Assembly: GCA_965202585.1 (NCBI GenBank)
Contig: OZ241833.1
Location: forward strand, 56,420,001 to 56,484,000
Direction of reading: 5' to 3'
Source of the DNA: Thalia democratica
Taxonomy: Eukaryota
Length of the DNA stretch: 64,000 nt
Under the pieces are notes generated by a model that saw only the letters and a list, made by a program, of their open reading frames with translations, was not told where the DNA came from and did no database searches. Position 1 is the stretch's first letter. Each line of letters starts with the position of its first letter. The translations under genes and the position numbers were made by a program. Shown here piece by piece: positions 41,722 through 56,700 of the stretch.

Positions 41722-44700
41722 TCAATAATCGTTTTCTCTAGATACTGTGCTCACTTTGCTGACACTTGGTTTGGGATGAGAGATACTCAACTTGCTTTCT
41801 AATCTTGCAATACTCAGCTTACCTCTATCTACTAAGCTCATTTTACTATCATTAACTTTTGAGGCTGAACGTTTTTCAACTGTAGATGGAGTCCTGCAAA
41901 TTTAATTTACAAAAATATATTCATTATGCGATGTTTAAGGTTTATTTGAAAAAGCGGTGATACTGTCTTAAACGAAATCATAGACTGAAATATTATTTAA
42001 ATAATAAAAAAAAAATCAAAATCAAATTTTAGTTTATAAAAAAGGTTTTACCTTTCCATGGAAGGCTGCTTATGAGAATGTTGTCTACCAATGTTTATCC
42101 TAGAAATCCTTTCTTTTATTCCCTGTATTGACATAAGACTTGATCTGGAAGTCAAAGATGTTTTAGACTCCTCCCTAGCACCAGTTGTAGATCGCGGTGG
42201 GCGTCTAGAAGTGGATCTTTGACGAGAAACATACTCGTTGCGGTTAGAAAGTCGCGGAGATCTAGCTTGATTGGAGAGGGATTGAAGAGCTATGGATTGA
42301 GATTGGAGGCTAGCACGAGATGTTGCATCTGATGGTGGACTGTCATCAACGCTCGTTACGTGTTGAAATTCATCTTCATTTTGGCCTTGAGGTTGAGTCA
42401 TGTGTATGGATAATGCAATTGACGATTTTATTAACTCTACCGCGTCTTCAAACTGTTTATCAGAGAGATAGACTTCTTTACCGCCATCATTTGTGGGTAT
42501 TGTAAAATTTCTAATTGAATCCTCATGAATAAAAGAAGGTTGCCGTTCGTCAATTTCATTTATGTGGAGACCACTAGTTTCTAACTTAATTGGCATGTTA
42601 GATGCTATTGAAGGGCTTCTTTCGTCAATTTCGTTAATATGAAGACCATCGTTTTCAACTTTTGTAGGTCTGTAAGACACAACAGATGGTTGCCGTTCGT
42701 CAATTTCATTTATGTGGAGGCCACTATTCTCCAACTTAGTTGTTATGTTAGATGCTATTGAAGGGCTTGTTTCGTCTATTTCGATAATATGACTAGCGTC
42801 ATTTTCGTAGTTTTTACGTGCTAATGATATAAGAGAAGGTTGCCGTTCATCAATTTCGTTTATATGGGCACCAACATTATCTTCTTTATGTGGCATATAA
42901 GATGCTACTGAAGGGCTTCTTTCGTCTATTTCGTTAACATGAAGACCATCGTTTTCAATTTCTGAAGGTTTGTGAGATACAAAAGAAGGTTTCCTATCGT
43001 CTATCGCGTTTACATGAAGTCCCTTTTCTTCAATAAAGCTACGCCGTCTGTCTGCTAGGATTATATGGGATTCTTGAGCCATACTTTTTGCAGCTGAAGA
43101 AATTCTTACAATAGATTCTTTGTCTATAGATTTGTGAGAAGATCTATCATCTGTTACGTGGCTTGCTTCATCTTCTTTTTCATCAATAACGTTTTTGTTG
43201 ACTTTTCTACTCATGATAGAAGTAATTGATTCTTTTACTTTGCTAACTTTCGATGGCATTGAAGCGATGGAGTCGGGTTTATCATCGAGTTCGTGGATAT
43301 GGTCATCATCTTCGACTTCGATTAAGTCTTCGTCGTCAATCAAATTACTCCTAGACTCTCTGACGCTCTTTCTCTTTTTGGTCAATGTGATTCTCTTCAT
43401 CAATGAACCCACTGAAGAAGTTGTGTCTCCCGGAAGAGTGACACTGTCCTCATCTTGTGCTACTTTGTAACCTGACGTCAGATCAGCTATTTCACCTTCT
43501 GACTCTCTGGCGGTTGACAATCTCGACTCCAAGACAGAGTTTGCCATAGCTTTTGACATTTGTGATATGATAGATGGACTTTTGGCATCGATTTCAGTGA
43601 CGTGATCGCTTTCTTGGTCATTTTGTTTCTTTTGTTTGTATGCTTGGTTTGTAACTGCTGATTTTATTAACTGAGCTGCATCGTCATATCCTCCTATATA
43701 ATAAATTGAGTTTTAAAACTTAACTGTTCAAAATATAGATTTAATTGTTTGCTAACAAAATATCCTAGTGAAACAAGTTCACTGGAACATAAATTAAAAA
43801 AAACAAATTATACAGTAATCTTCCTTTGTTGTACCAACATATGTTTCTGTGTGTTAACTAATCAACACACTTCAACTGGGTTTCTTAAATTCTTTTCATT
43901 AAAAACCCAGTTTTGAAACTTTTACATTTGTTTATCAGCAGTTACATTAAAATTTTGGCTCATTCCAAATACAATACTTGCCAATAGTTACCTTATTGAA
44001 GCCTATTGAAATTTAAAATTAATTAAGTGTATTTAAAAGAACTTACCTTGAGATATTTTGCTTTCTTTTTGACCCGCTTGAGGCGAATCTTCTTCCACGT
44101 CATCGGAGATCCTAGAAGTTTTCATTTTGATCATGTTGTTTTCCGTGTCCTCTTGATCTTTATCGTCGATTGCGACTCCCATCATAGTTGCAGACATGGC
44201 GGCTTCCAACAATGTGGCCGACATTGCAGCTTCAACCAGCTTTGCAGTGACGTTTTCATCAATGTTTTTATTGATGGCAGCTTTAATAAGGGCTGAGGAC
44301 AATTTAGATGCTGATTCCATTGTAGAACGAGCAACCTCTGCGTATAAAAATATAACATTTAAACATTTTCTACAATAACCTCTTTAATATGGTCTTTACA
44401 ATAACCTCTTTTTGTCTGCTCAAAAATTTCTTTGAAAACATATTTAGCTAGAACTTTAACAAACTACTTGAGCTCTAATATTAAGTGTGTGTAAAACTAA
44501 ATTCAATTTTAAATATAATTAAATTATAGATTTGTTTGTCCTATTGACGAAGCAGTATTAAGTAACTATTCCAGTTTATCTACTTTATTTTGTCATTAGC
44601 AGCTTCGAAATTCGAATTAAAAAAGTTTTGTTCAAAATAATCAATCAACACCTTCCAAAACTTTTATGAATAGAACTCAATCAGCAAATGACAACATTTA

Positions 44701-47700
44701 AAACGGTAATCTGGATTAGAAACTTAATAGTATTCCGTCGACAGGGCACCACTTAAGTAAAACCCCAATAGTTCAAAACATAAATATAACAAGTTGTGTC
44801 AAAAATTTACTTCAATTAAATATAAAAATTATGCAAACATTAGAAGTTATTCAAGTTTTTTTTAGCGTTTAAAATTAAAAAAATACTTTGTTTATACAAA
44901 CACTATATTTTTAAATATCAAAGAAACAAATTTTATTTTATTTTTAGTAGCTGGAAATTCAATACTATGAAGTATTAAGACAACAACTAATTGACTACAA
45001 ATGAATAAAAAATTATTTGTTCTTAAATGCTTACTTAAAATAAGGTATTTATTGTTTTTACCTGAAATTTTCTCCTGTTTCGACTGGTGGCTTCGAACGC
45101 TGCTTTCACTTCCCAATCTTCCAGTTGTTTCTCCCTCCTTGGAGACTGCATCTCCGTATTTCATTGAAGTTGTGTGAGCTTCAAAGTTTTCGTCAGAGAT
45201 ACTTTCTTGTTGGTTCAGTTCTTGGAAACTTGGCTGAGCTCCAAAGCTCTTTTGTTCTTGTAATTCACTCTGACAGGCGAAACTCTTTTGTTCATGCATT
45301 ACGCTCTGACAGGCAAAACTAACCCGACCAACTTCACTTTTCCTCCCCTCTGCACCATTTTCTATGCTCATTTGATTACCAAAGCTTTTTTGTTCGGTTA
45401 GATTTATCGGTACTTCATTATTTTCTTGTATTTCCACACTTGTTTGCATGTGCATACTTTTTTGCATTCGAACACTTTTCCTGGCTTCAACACTCTCTTG
45501 TGCTTCCAGTTTGTTTTCCGGTAAACTTTCTTGTTCAGGTGCTTCCAATTTATTTTCCGAAAAACTTTCTTGTTCAGGTGCTTCCAATTTGTTTTCCGGT
45601 AAACTTTCTTGTTCAGGTGCTTCCAATTTATTTTCCGAAAAACTTTCTTGTTCAGGTGCTTCCAATTTGTTTTCCGGTAAACTTTCTTGTTCAGGTGCTT
45701 CCAATTTGTTTTCCGGTAAACTTTCTTGTTCAGGTGCTTCCAATTTATTTTCCGATAAACTTTCTTGTTCAGGTGCTTCCAATTTATTTTCCGAAAAACT
45801 TTCTTGTTCAGGTGCTTTCAATTTGTTTTCCGGTAAACTTTCTTGTTCAGGTGCTTTTTCTTCGGTCGTATAACCATCATTAGTGTCAAGCACCTGAGAT
45901 CTGGCCTCCTTGAATATTGACTGATATATGTTGTCAAGTTCGTCATTGTTGCCTTCATTATCAATGCTTTCTTTCTTGCTAACCTGCTGGTTAAGTTTCT
46001 GTTTGAAATCGTCTTCAAATGACTTCCCGCCTTGCTGTATTGTGCTATCTGAAAATAAAAAAAGGAATTTTATTTCAACTTATACGCATTCAGACTAATA
46101 AGTTCAATACAATCTTAAACTAACATTTTTTTGAAGTTCATTTTATTTAAAATTCAACAAAGTCAAGTTTTTTAACAAAACTAGCTTATGTATCCATTTT
46201 TAAATTACTATTTTAGTTAATAAGAGCTTTAGGCTGATTTTTTTTATTTATTTACTTTTGTTTTACCCTCAAACATTAAAGTTAAAATTAATAGAAAACG
46301 GATTAATTAAATTCCGAAAACTTCATATAATTTTTTGACAAAAACTTTGTATGCATTGAAAAATGTTAGCAACCTTTTGGTTAAATATAAAAACTTACAT
46401 TTATGAAGAGATAATAAAAAGATCAAAGCTAAGTTTTAATATACCAGTTAGCTAGAATAAACAAACTATTTATTTTTACCTTGTTGTTGAAATTTGTGAC
46501 TGGAGTGTTGTGTTAGAGGAGCTGCTTTTGATTCGTAATGTTTTGGATTTATACTGCTGTTGCTATCTGATTCATGTGGTTTACTTTCTGTACATATTAC
46601 TTACGTTTTATAAAGGCTATTATCTACAAAGAAGTAAATATTTATAATGTTTATGTTCATTCAGCAAAAAATATAAAATTTCCGACAAAGTGACATTATT
46701 AAATCTAAGATTCAGATTATAGTTATTTTATTATTGATATCTTACAGTGCTCCATTAATTATTCTAAAAAAATAAAATATTTAAAAAATATTTTGATAAA
46801 TATTTTATCAAAAATATCTTTAAATATGGTTGATAAACTTTACATAAATAATTTAAAAAAGCTTTTACTTTTGAGCTATATTTACATTCAGCTATTATAT
46901 ATTGCAAAATAAAGTTTGTTCGTTACGAATGTAAACGTTGATTTTTTGTGTGTAAACTTTATTATTTCACAAATTATTTTCTACCAAGTTTAAGTTTTAA
47001 CAACTTATAAAATAAAACATGATTACTTTTAAAATATTATGTGTTTTGAATTTTAGAAAACAAAATTACTTTAAAAATTCAACCTTTAGAAAAGTTTTTG
47101 CTTATCAAAAAATAAAAGGCACGCTCAAAAATTTGTTTTACCAGAATTTAAAACTTAAAATAATTTTACAAACAACATTTTCTAATTAAAAAACTTATTG
47201 CATAAAACAAAAAAAGGCACTTTTGACGCAAGAAGCTATCAAACAGAATTTGTAAGTACATAATTGTTTTTGTTCAATGTTATGAATGGTCTTTTTAGTT
47301 TAATTGTATGACAAATATTTTGGTCGTAATTTTGTAAAAGAGACTTATATTATTTATATAAAACTTATTTTCAAAGTAATTATTAGAATTAAGGTTTAAG
47401 TCTTGAAAGAGCTTTAAGCTAAACTATGAAAAACGCTTGACACTCTAAAAACATAGCATTGAGCAAAAGTTATAATATAACCTATTTACATTTAAACAAC
47501 TATTTTAATCTGGCTCTGTTTGATTTTATACTTAACTTAAATCAAGTCTTTTTTAATGATGTCTTAATTCAATTCAAATTTAGACTAACAACTAGCTGCT
47601 TTAAAAGGATAGTTTTTTTTTTTAATCTGAGAAAAACTTAAGCTTTATCTTAAACTTGGTATGAGAAGACAGAAAGCTAATCTTAACACTGTCCTAGTTT

Positions 47701-50700
47701 CTTTACAGTTCAAAAATAATTGTAACCAAAAATTAGTAAGATGAGAAAATACTTTAAGCAAAACTTAAATATCAGATATTCACACTTTCTTACTTTTTTT
47801 GATGATTAAAGACAACAACTTACCAAAAAATGTGAATCTAAACAAAGTAAGCAAAATATTTATCAACATTTAGTTTTCCTACCTCTATTGTTGTACGATC
47901 TATCTGTACTATGATGATGACGATGATGGTGATGATTGTTGTCTTGACCACTATTTCTTCGAGCATCCCAATAATCATATACTGGTCGTGTCTTTACTTT
48001 ATAAGGATCGTAACGCTCTTGAGCTAAATTATTTACAAAACGTTTAGTTTGTACTGTTTTATAAATATAAAGCATATAAATTAATAAATGATTACTTCTT
48101 TGCTTCAAAGTACTCTTTTTTTTTGTCTATTGATTAAATATAAATCAAACGATGATATAAGGTTAAAGGTATTAAATTATTTTTAATGAAAAAGCTGCAA
48201 CAAAGTGATTTTTCAATTTTATTGTTGTTGAACAAAATAATAGACCTACAATAATTTGACAAACTTTTATCTTATGGTTGTAAACTAATAACTAAAAGCA
48301 AAACTTTCAGTTGTTAGTTTGTGATAATAGTTAAATAACTAATAATATAATATCTAAACTCACTGGAAGGGTTCTTTTCATAATATTCCACTGTAAAAAT
48401 TATTGAGATTAAATTTCACGACTTAAATTAAAACATTCATTGTTCGTTAACTTTTGAAATAATATGTTACTTACATGCATCTTTGAAAGCTTTGTATACG
48501 TTTCCTTTTCGATTTTGGATATCTCTAAATGTATAAGTCACTTCATATCTTCCAAGTTTATGCTGTTTATGAATATTCATTTATTGACTAATAGCAGTAA
48601 AACTCAACCAAAAGCTTAAGACAATGAAGTTTAGATTAGTACTTTATTACAAGACATATTTAGTAATTTAAATTTATATATGTATATTTACCACAGATGT
48701 TTTTGTGTCAAAACTTTATTCCAACTAACGGCGTTTCACTGCTCTTAAATAAATTTAAAAACAGATCTACGGAGTCTGAAAAAGCTTTTTAACGCCTTTT
48801 AACGTTACATCTTAAATTTATTTTTATATATTTATATTTATAGATTTAGAAATATTTAGTTTGTAAGCTTTTGTTTAATTTTGATTAAAGTTTATAACAA
48901 TTACTTGGTATAATCTTATTTTACAAAAACTATTTAAAACGAGTAATTAGGTAACTTACTTTTTCGTTTCTTGAATTTTGATTTCCTTTTTCAGCGATTG
49001 CTTGTGCCAAGTCTGCTATACTATTACCTACAGCATCTAAAAATAAAAATAGAAAAGTATTAATAAAAATTAAAATACAAACCAAGTGTTAAAGAAACAT
49101 CATGATTAAATATAAAACTCAATTATTTTATTGTAGTATTTCTAACTAAATATATTTTAAAGTTTTATTTTAACATGAGCTAACTTTTAGAAACATCAGT
49201 GTTTAATTTATAAAACTTGCAATTTGTTATTTTTAAAATGTTTAACTTAAATTCTCCTAGTATAACATTATAAGTAAATTTAAAAACCTCTGAGTGTGTC
49301 TAACTCCATGACACTCTTCTTATAGAGGCTGTAGCTTTCAAGAACTCCTCGGCGTTTGTATTCGTTTGTCTTCAGAATGCTGCTATTTCCGTGTTCCTTC
49401 ATGCACATCACCAGAAAGGCAAACTCTTTGAAGGCGGGGTGCAGATCCTCTCTAAAAAAAATTAAATTAAAATAGTTTAAGCAACTCTAGTAAACTCATA
49501 AAGTAATTCTACATGTTTTAAATTTCTCAAGAAAGTAGTGTGACGATTGGTTTATGATACTTTTAATGATATTCAGTTACTAGTGATAAAGTTTAAATAA
49601 GTACTTTCCTTTTAAGTTTATGAAACTAATAAAAAGTAACCTAAATATACATAACTTTTTATTTTCAAAGTTTTTTTTTAACTTACTGCTGCCACAAATT
49701 CATTCTTCTTATTTTCATTGCCTCAGCAAGGTAAAACTCAACACGACGCTTTTCTAAAGTTTTTTTTTTGAAATATCGCAGAATTATGTTCATACATGTA
49801 AATTTTTTAGTTTTAAACTTATTTTTATGACGGTTAATAAGTATTGTTAAGTTAGTATCAAGTTAAGAAAACAAATATATTTAGTATCTATCAGTACTTT
49901 TAAACAAACGTACATTTACTAACATAACATAAAAAAGTTAAATGAAAGAATAAAAGTTTTATAAAATACTAACATAACATAAAAAGTTCTGTTAAAACTT
50001 TATTAGAACTGAACTAGGTTTAACTAGGCCTGCAACAATTATATAATAAAAACTATGAAAGTGTTGTCGAAAACTCTTACTTTTTGTACATATCACAGTT
50101 AATTCACTCATTTTAGTTATCAAATGCTTAAAAGTAATTTTATGTAAACAATTTAGTTTTACTTTTTCAAATTACTTAAATAATTTTTCTAGCTTATAAA
50201 TGGTGTATACTTAAATGAGTAATACTAAAATATATACCTGTAGGAGTAAGTGTATACTTCCAATTGTTTCCAGGGTTTAAATGATCAAAAAACTCTGGTT
50301 CCATTGGGTAATTAATCCACAGCTCGTCTAGTTCGAGTCTCTGTTATTATTTAGAGTTACTTAAAACATAATATAGTTTGATAAAATAAGAAATAATAAG
50401 ATGTTTCGATATAATAATGATTAAAAGATATCAGGTAAACAACTTAAAACCTATTGTAATAAGTTTAAATTATAAAAAACCTAATCAAAAAGTATAATTT
50501 TTAGTTGTATTTTAATAATCTTTATGCTTTAATTATAGTTGAGTATAATGGAAACTGGGACACGTTCAAAATCCACCCGCAATCAAAATCCACCCGCGAT
50601 CAAAATCCACCCGATCAAAATCCACCCGATCAAAATCCACCCGATCAAAATCCACCCGGGTCAAAATCCACCCGATCAAAATCTACCCGGTTCAAAATCC

Positions 50701-53700
50701 ACCCGATCAAAATCCACCCGGGTCAAAATCCACCCGATCAAAATCCATCCGAGTCTAAATCCACCCGAGTCAAAATCCACCCGTTCAAAATCAACCCGGT
50801 TCAAAATCCACCCGATCAAAATCAACCCGGTTCAAAATCCACCCGATTAAAATCAACCCAATCAAAATCAACCCGAGTCAAAATCCACCCGAGTCAAAAT
50901 CCACCCGTTCAAAATCAACCCGAGTCAAAATCCACCCGATCAAAATCAACCCGGTTTAAAATCCACCCGATTAAAATCAACCCGATCAAAATCAACCCGA
51001 TCAAATTCCACCCGGTTCAAAATCCACCCGAGTTCATTTTTTTTCGAAATAAGAATTAATTTCTAATAGAATTTTGTAATATTGAATAAAGTTATATGTT
51101 TAAACAACTATTGGTATAAAAAAGAGTAAGTATTTATAAAGAATAAAATTTTAATTTATTTAATAAAATAATTAAAAAAATAAGTTAAACAATATAATTA
51201 AACAGCATTAAAAAAAAAATTCATAGTAGCTTTACAAGTATTTAAAATGTTTGTAATTTATTAATGTTAGTAGTGTTGGTGTTACTTTTAAAAAAAGAAG
51301 TAAAAAAAAAATAAAAAAAGAATTACGCTCAGTTTTAATCCATTTAAACTTCCTTCTAATTTAATTTCCCAAAGTCAATCATAATTAAATAAAAATATTT
51401 ACTAAGGATAACTCATAGTAAATTAAAATATCAAAACTATAGAAGTTTATAAATTAGAAGAATCTTTAATAACATTTATTAAGCTAAAGAAAATTACAAA
51501 AATCAAATACCAAATAATGTAAATTTATGGAAAACGTAATTAAATGTTACAAAAAGAAAATTAAAATATTAATCTAAAATTTTTGAGATTTTTTTTTTGA
51601 TGTAAAAAGTTTTGTGTTTTGTGCTTTACTCAAATTTCAAAATAGTATTACATACAATATTTTATTATATAAAAAATTTCAACTAACAGTGTTTATAAAA
51701 AATAAAATATAGATAAAGAATAATATAAAATTGCTACGTGATAATAAAATAAAAATCCTTTGTTAAATTTGGAAAAACTATCACCTATTAATTATATTTT
51801 AAACATTATTGTTTTCGACGTGGAAAAGACGTTAAAAGATATTTTTGGTGTCCGACTCGATAACTTTAAGGTATGTTCGTGCAAGAGGACTTAGGACCAA
51901 ATATTTTGAGCGCTTTTATTTGTCGTTTAGTAAACAATTTATTGACGTTTCTTTTATTAGTAATTTTTAAAAACAGAACATAAATATTAATATAAAAATA
52001 CGAAAACTAATTTACTAAAAATATAAATGAGGAATATGTAAGAAATCAATAACTGTTTTAAAACAATTTTATTGTTTTCTATCTAATTTTTTTTACAAAT
52101 ATTTTTTAGTTATTTTTTTTAATTTATACAATAATTTTAGCTGCTATTATCGTTTTTTCAAAGTGTTTAAGTTAATTGAATTTTATTTTATTAAATGCTT
52201 TTTTTATAAACCATCTATTTTTGAAAAAACTAAAAATTGTTTCGTCTAAAGTAACTAAAGTTATAAGTTATTTTTAATTAGATAACAACTTAATTTGCTA
52301 GTTTTTAACTAATAGTACAAATTAAAAAGCTAAACATTTTTCTATGAATTCTAAAGTCCTTTACATAAAACAAATATCGACTCTACAATTCATTGAGTTT
52401 GCTCAAATAGCTTGTAAATTGCAACTAAAAAAGTTAGTAGTTAGACTTGAGCTAGGGAAATTATATACTTTAGAATTGTAGTAGTAAACAAATAAGTTGA
52501 GTTTTTTAGAAATGACACTATATTTATAACAAATATTACGAAAAAAAAACTTATAACATTTTTAATTTATTATTAAAATGTTCTATTTTAAAAACTTATA
52601 ACATTTTTAATTTATTATTAAAATGTTCTATTTTAACATATGTTCATTAAAAAAAGTATGTATTTCAGACAAGAGAGTTTAAATTCAAGTATAAGTTATT
52701 TTTATGAATTTTTGTACCAGACTGTATCAACTTAAACAATCGTATTATTAATTTTATTAATAGGTTAAGGCCAGTTTTGAAAGTGATTAATTGAGTGGTT
52801 TTATAAAATTTAATCTCTTTTGGTTAACTTTTAAATTTAAAATTTTCTAATCTAAAACTTTTAATTTACATGCGATAAATTTTCTTGAATTAATTTCCGA
52901 CAATTTAAGTTAAAAGCTATAACTGCATGTTTTTAATTAATTAGTTGTAAACGTTTTATGTTTTTTTATAAATATAAAGTTGCATAGAAATTGTAATTAA
53001 GTAAGATAAATTATTATTTACTGTTCAATATTATATTGTTAATTGATATTTTTTAATTCATAGAAATGGAAATGTTATTATTTACCACTATATGTAAAAA
53101 AAAAATAGTGGTAAATAATAACATTTCCATTTCTATGAAATGGATTTTAAATATAATCTTCATATAAAAAAAGTCCATTTGTTAAAACTTAAGAAATTTT
53201 AAGTAATTTAATTAAAAATGAAACAATATTAAATTAAACAAAATTTTATATTGGTTATAACGAATTTAAACGGTAAAGACAACTATTGTTGTAACAAATT
53301 GTTTAGTAGACAAATTAACTTTAAAAGCGTGAAAATTTTGTCTAACAAATAAAACCAAAAATTAATAAATATTTAATTTAAAGTTAATATTGAAAAATAT
53401 TTTAATGGCAATACAGTAAAGGTAACTATCTAAAGTAAATTAGTGACCTTTTCTTAACAAAGAGAACTTTTATAGATAAATATCTTGTTAAGACCTTTCA
53501 CATAAAAAAATTATATTAAAAAAAACACAAACTAAATGAATTTTAAACGTTTGCCTTTTACTTTTTTGTAATTAAAAGGAACGAAGATGCAGTTGGATTT
53601 AATCAGAGTCGGCAGACAATTGTTTATCACGGGCCAAATTTCATGTTTCAATTTTTTCCGCGAGCCGTTGTTTTATTCAATTTTTGATTTTAATCTGTTT

Positions 53701-56700
53701 TAGTCACGTTTATCTACTTAAAGGGATCAGGCCTGGCATATTTAAAATGTATAGTTTTTTCTAAAGTCGAAAACTATTTTTTTTTTAAACTTGTGTCATA
53801 TTATTATTTCTATCATTATTTACAAGGTGTAGATCATTATGTACACTTTTTATAATAAATTTCTATTATTTTATTTGTATTTTCTTTTTAGTAGTTAAAA
53901 AAAATCTTTTTTTATTTAATGCACAGCATATCACGTATTTAAAATTTTAGTGATTTTGTTAAACTAGTTAAAATATAAACAAATATTAATACTTTCATTT
54001 TAAACAGTGTAAGTTTTTCTTTTAAAACCTTTAAATACCTTAATAATCTATCTAAAGTTTTTCGGGTTGCAACTTTTTGAAACAAAAAAAGTACAACAGT
54101 TACTTCAACCCTATCACCGTGTTTTTAAAAGTTAAAAACATGTAAAATTGCCAATTAAAAAAACTTTGCAATATTATATAAGTAATTTATCCAAGTACGT
54201 AAGCTAATGTTGTTTAAAAAGAAAAGTAAAATCTAAACTTTAAAGAAAAACTTCTAGATTTACTATCTGTCTTTTTTCACATATAAGGCTTAAGCATAAT
54301 AAATGATTTTTAAATGATATTCAGAAACTTAAAAACAAACTATTATAATTTCTTTTTCTTTTTTGAAAATTTCAATTTAAATTTTGTTTTGGTTAGTTGA
54401 CCAAATTTACATGCTCGAGGGCCACATATTTACACTTCGAGGGCCGCAGTTTGCTGACCCCTAAATTAAATGGATTAATTTGTAGTATAAATGGTAGCTT
54501 TCACTTGTAATACTCAGTTTTTATAAAAATTATATCGTGTGACGTATTTGTTTAAAAATTACTTAAAAGTTCTAAATTATTAAATTTTATACCTAGAAAC
54601 AGTAAATTATAATTGATTGTCGTGTAATTGTAATTGAGATAATACAAGATTATTTTTTCTGGCACATCCTTTAGTTTTCTAAAAGTTTTAACATAGTCAT
54701 ATTTGTATAGTAAAACTTTAATTTATTTATTCTGACGTTGTTAAACTTTTATTAGCTCTTATAGTTATACTTATATCAAAAACAACAGTACCTTTAAAAG
54801 CTGCTTGCCGGCTGTAGCTATTCAAAATTATATTCAGTAATCAAAAAAACAAAAATATTTTTGTCAAAAATTCCTTATAATAAGCAAAAATACCAAATAA
54901 CAACTCAAAAAACCTCACAAAATAAGTTCAATCTGTAGTACAGTTTTTATATTCTTAAGTCAATTTATAAGGGACAAAAATACAAGATTTTATAAGTGCT
55001 TTTTAAATAAAACTTGTTTAAGATTGGTACTTTAGAGTGGTGAGATTTGTTTAAATGATACTTGATTTAAAAAGAATTAAATAAACAAGGTGCTTGTTTC
55101 GATTCGGTTGGATTTTGACTTTGGTTGATTTTGTGTCGGTAGGATTTTGACTCGGGTTGATTTTAACTCGGGTGGATTTTGACTCGGGTTGATTTTGATC
55201 GGGTAGATTTTAAACCGGGTGGATTTTGAAACGGGTGGATTTAGAGTTGGGTTGATTTTGATCGGGTGGATTTTGAACCGGGTGGATTTTGATCGGGTGG
55301 ATTTTGATCGGGTGGATTTTGAAACGGGTGGATTTAGAGTCGGGTTGATTTTGATCGGGTGGATTTTGAACCGGGTGGATTTTAATCGGGTGGATTTTAA
55401 CTCGGGTGGATTTTGATCGGGTGGATTTTGATCGGATGGATTTTGAACCGGGTTGATTTTGATCGGGTGGATTTTGACTCGGGTTGATTTTGATCGGGTA
55501 GATTTTGACTCGGGTGGATTTTGATCGGGTGGATTTTGACCCGGGTGGATTTTGATCGGGTGGATTTTGAACCGGGTGGATTTTGATCGGGTGGATTTTG
55601 AATGCGGGTGGATTTTGATCGGGTGGATTTTGAACGCGGGTGGATTTTGATAGTATACCATGGAAACTATATGTACTATCTGTATATCAGTAGTTTCTTT
55701 TAATATTGAAAAAACAACTTTAGAAAACACTTTTTATTTTTTTCAACTTGATTTAAAATAAAAAACATATTTTCTAACACTCTTTGAGCAAAAAACTGTA
55801 TTTTGAATAGTATTAAAAACAACAATAAAAGAGCGCTCAAAATATTTGGTCCCAGAACCTGGTGCACGAAAAAACCTTACGGTTATCGAGTTCTTCACCA
55901 CTTAGATACCTTTTAACGTGGACAATAATTTCAAAGACAATAATTTGGAAAAGAAAATAACTTACGAATTCAGACTGATGAAGCAACTTTGCAGCCGACT
56001 CTATACGATCTCCGATTTCCATGAGTGCTAATACAACATCCTCTGCAAAACAAGTATAATTTTACTAAGTTAATTAAGTACAATACAAGCCGTGTCATAT
56101 CTTAAAGTATATTTTATGCTTATATAAATCTCATATTTAGGAACTGCTTAAAGATCGAAAATTTACTAACCTATGTAAACTTCGTCATTTCTAGGAGCTT
56201 TTCTTCCGTTAAATACGTTACTGGTTACTTTTTTTAACTGACTGATTGCGTCTAAGAACTTGTGACTGAAAATAATTTTAAAAACAGTTATAAGTTAAAA
56301 CAAAAAACTAACCTTTTTCACAAAGTAGTTATAAAGTTTAAATAAGTATTTTCCTTTCAAATTTATGAAACTAAGAAAAAGTAAACTTAAATTTTTATAG
56401 CTTGAAAATAAGAAGTTTAATTATTAAAAGAATATATATAAAACATACGCATGACTATTTTAATTTCAATTAACCAATACTCTAAAATATAGAAGGTATT
56501 TGAGCTACTTTTTGATTTAAATTTTATTTAGTAACACAACTTTTAACTAAAATATGTGTATAAAAATACTTGAAGTATTTGTATATCAGATATAATATAA
56601 TTAGGACATGAAATTCAAACAAGCAAGAACAGAAGTATGTCAAATTTTAACAAACTGACATATTTATTACCAATTAAGTCGTTCTAGTTCAGAAAACAAA

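Noticed and set aside
42320-45883. Plus-strand ORFs at 42320, 43195, 44027, 44196, 45125, 45440 and 45448
   Set aside because: Antisense shadows of gene B exons and repeats.
46588-46605. gtaagt donor-like site 17 nt before a gene B acceptor
   Set aside because: The implied intron is too short, and the exon chain is complete without it.
50505-51059. ORFs of QNPPD/SKSTR/KIHP repeats (also 50539-50850, 55077-55730, 55219-55416)
   Set aside because: The 15-bp repeat is stop-free in several frames and on both strands. These are TIR modules of the foldback element, not genes.
52546-52635. 45-bp direct tandem duplication
   Set aside because: Ordinary slippage in AT-rich DNA with no sign of function.
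51847-55901. Inverted pair of the 70-bp repeat as the ends of one 4-kb transposon
   Set aside because: It would overlap rather than nest with the TSD-defined foldback element, so the two are more likely independent copies.
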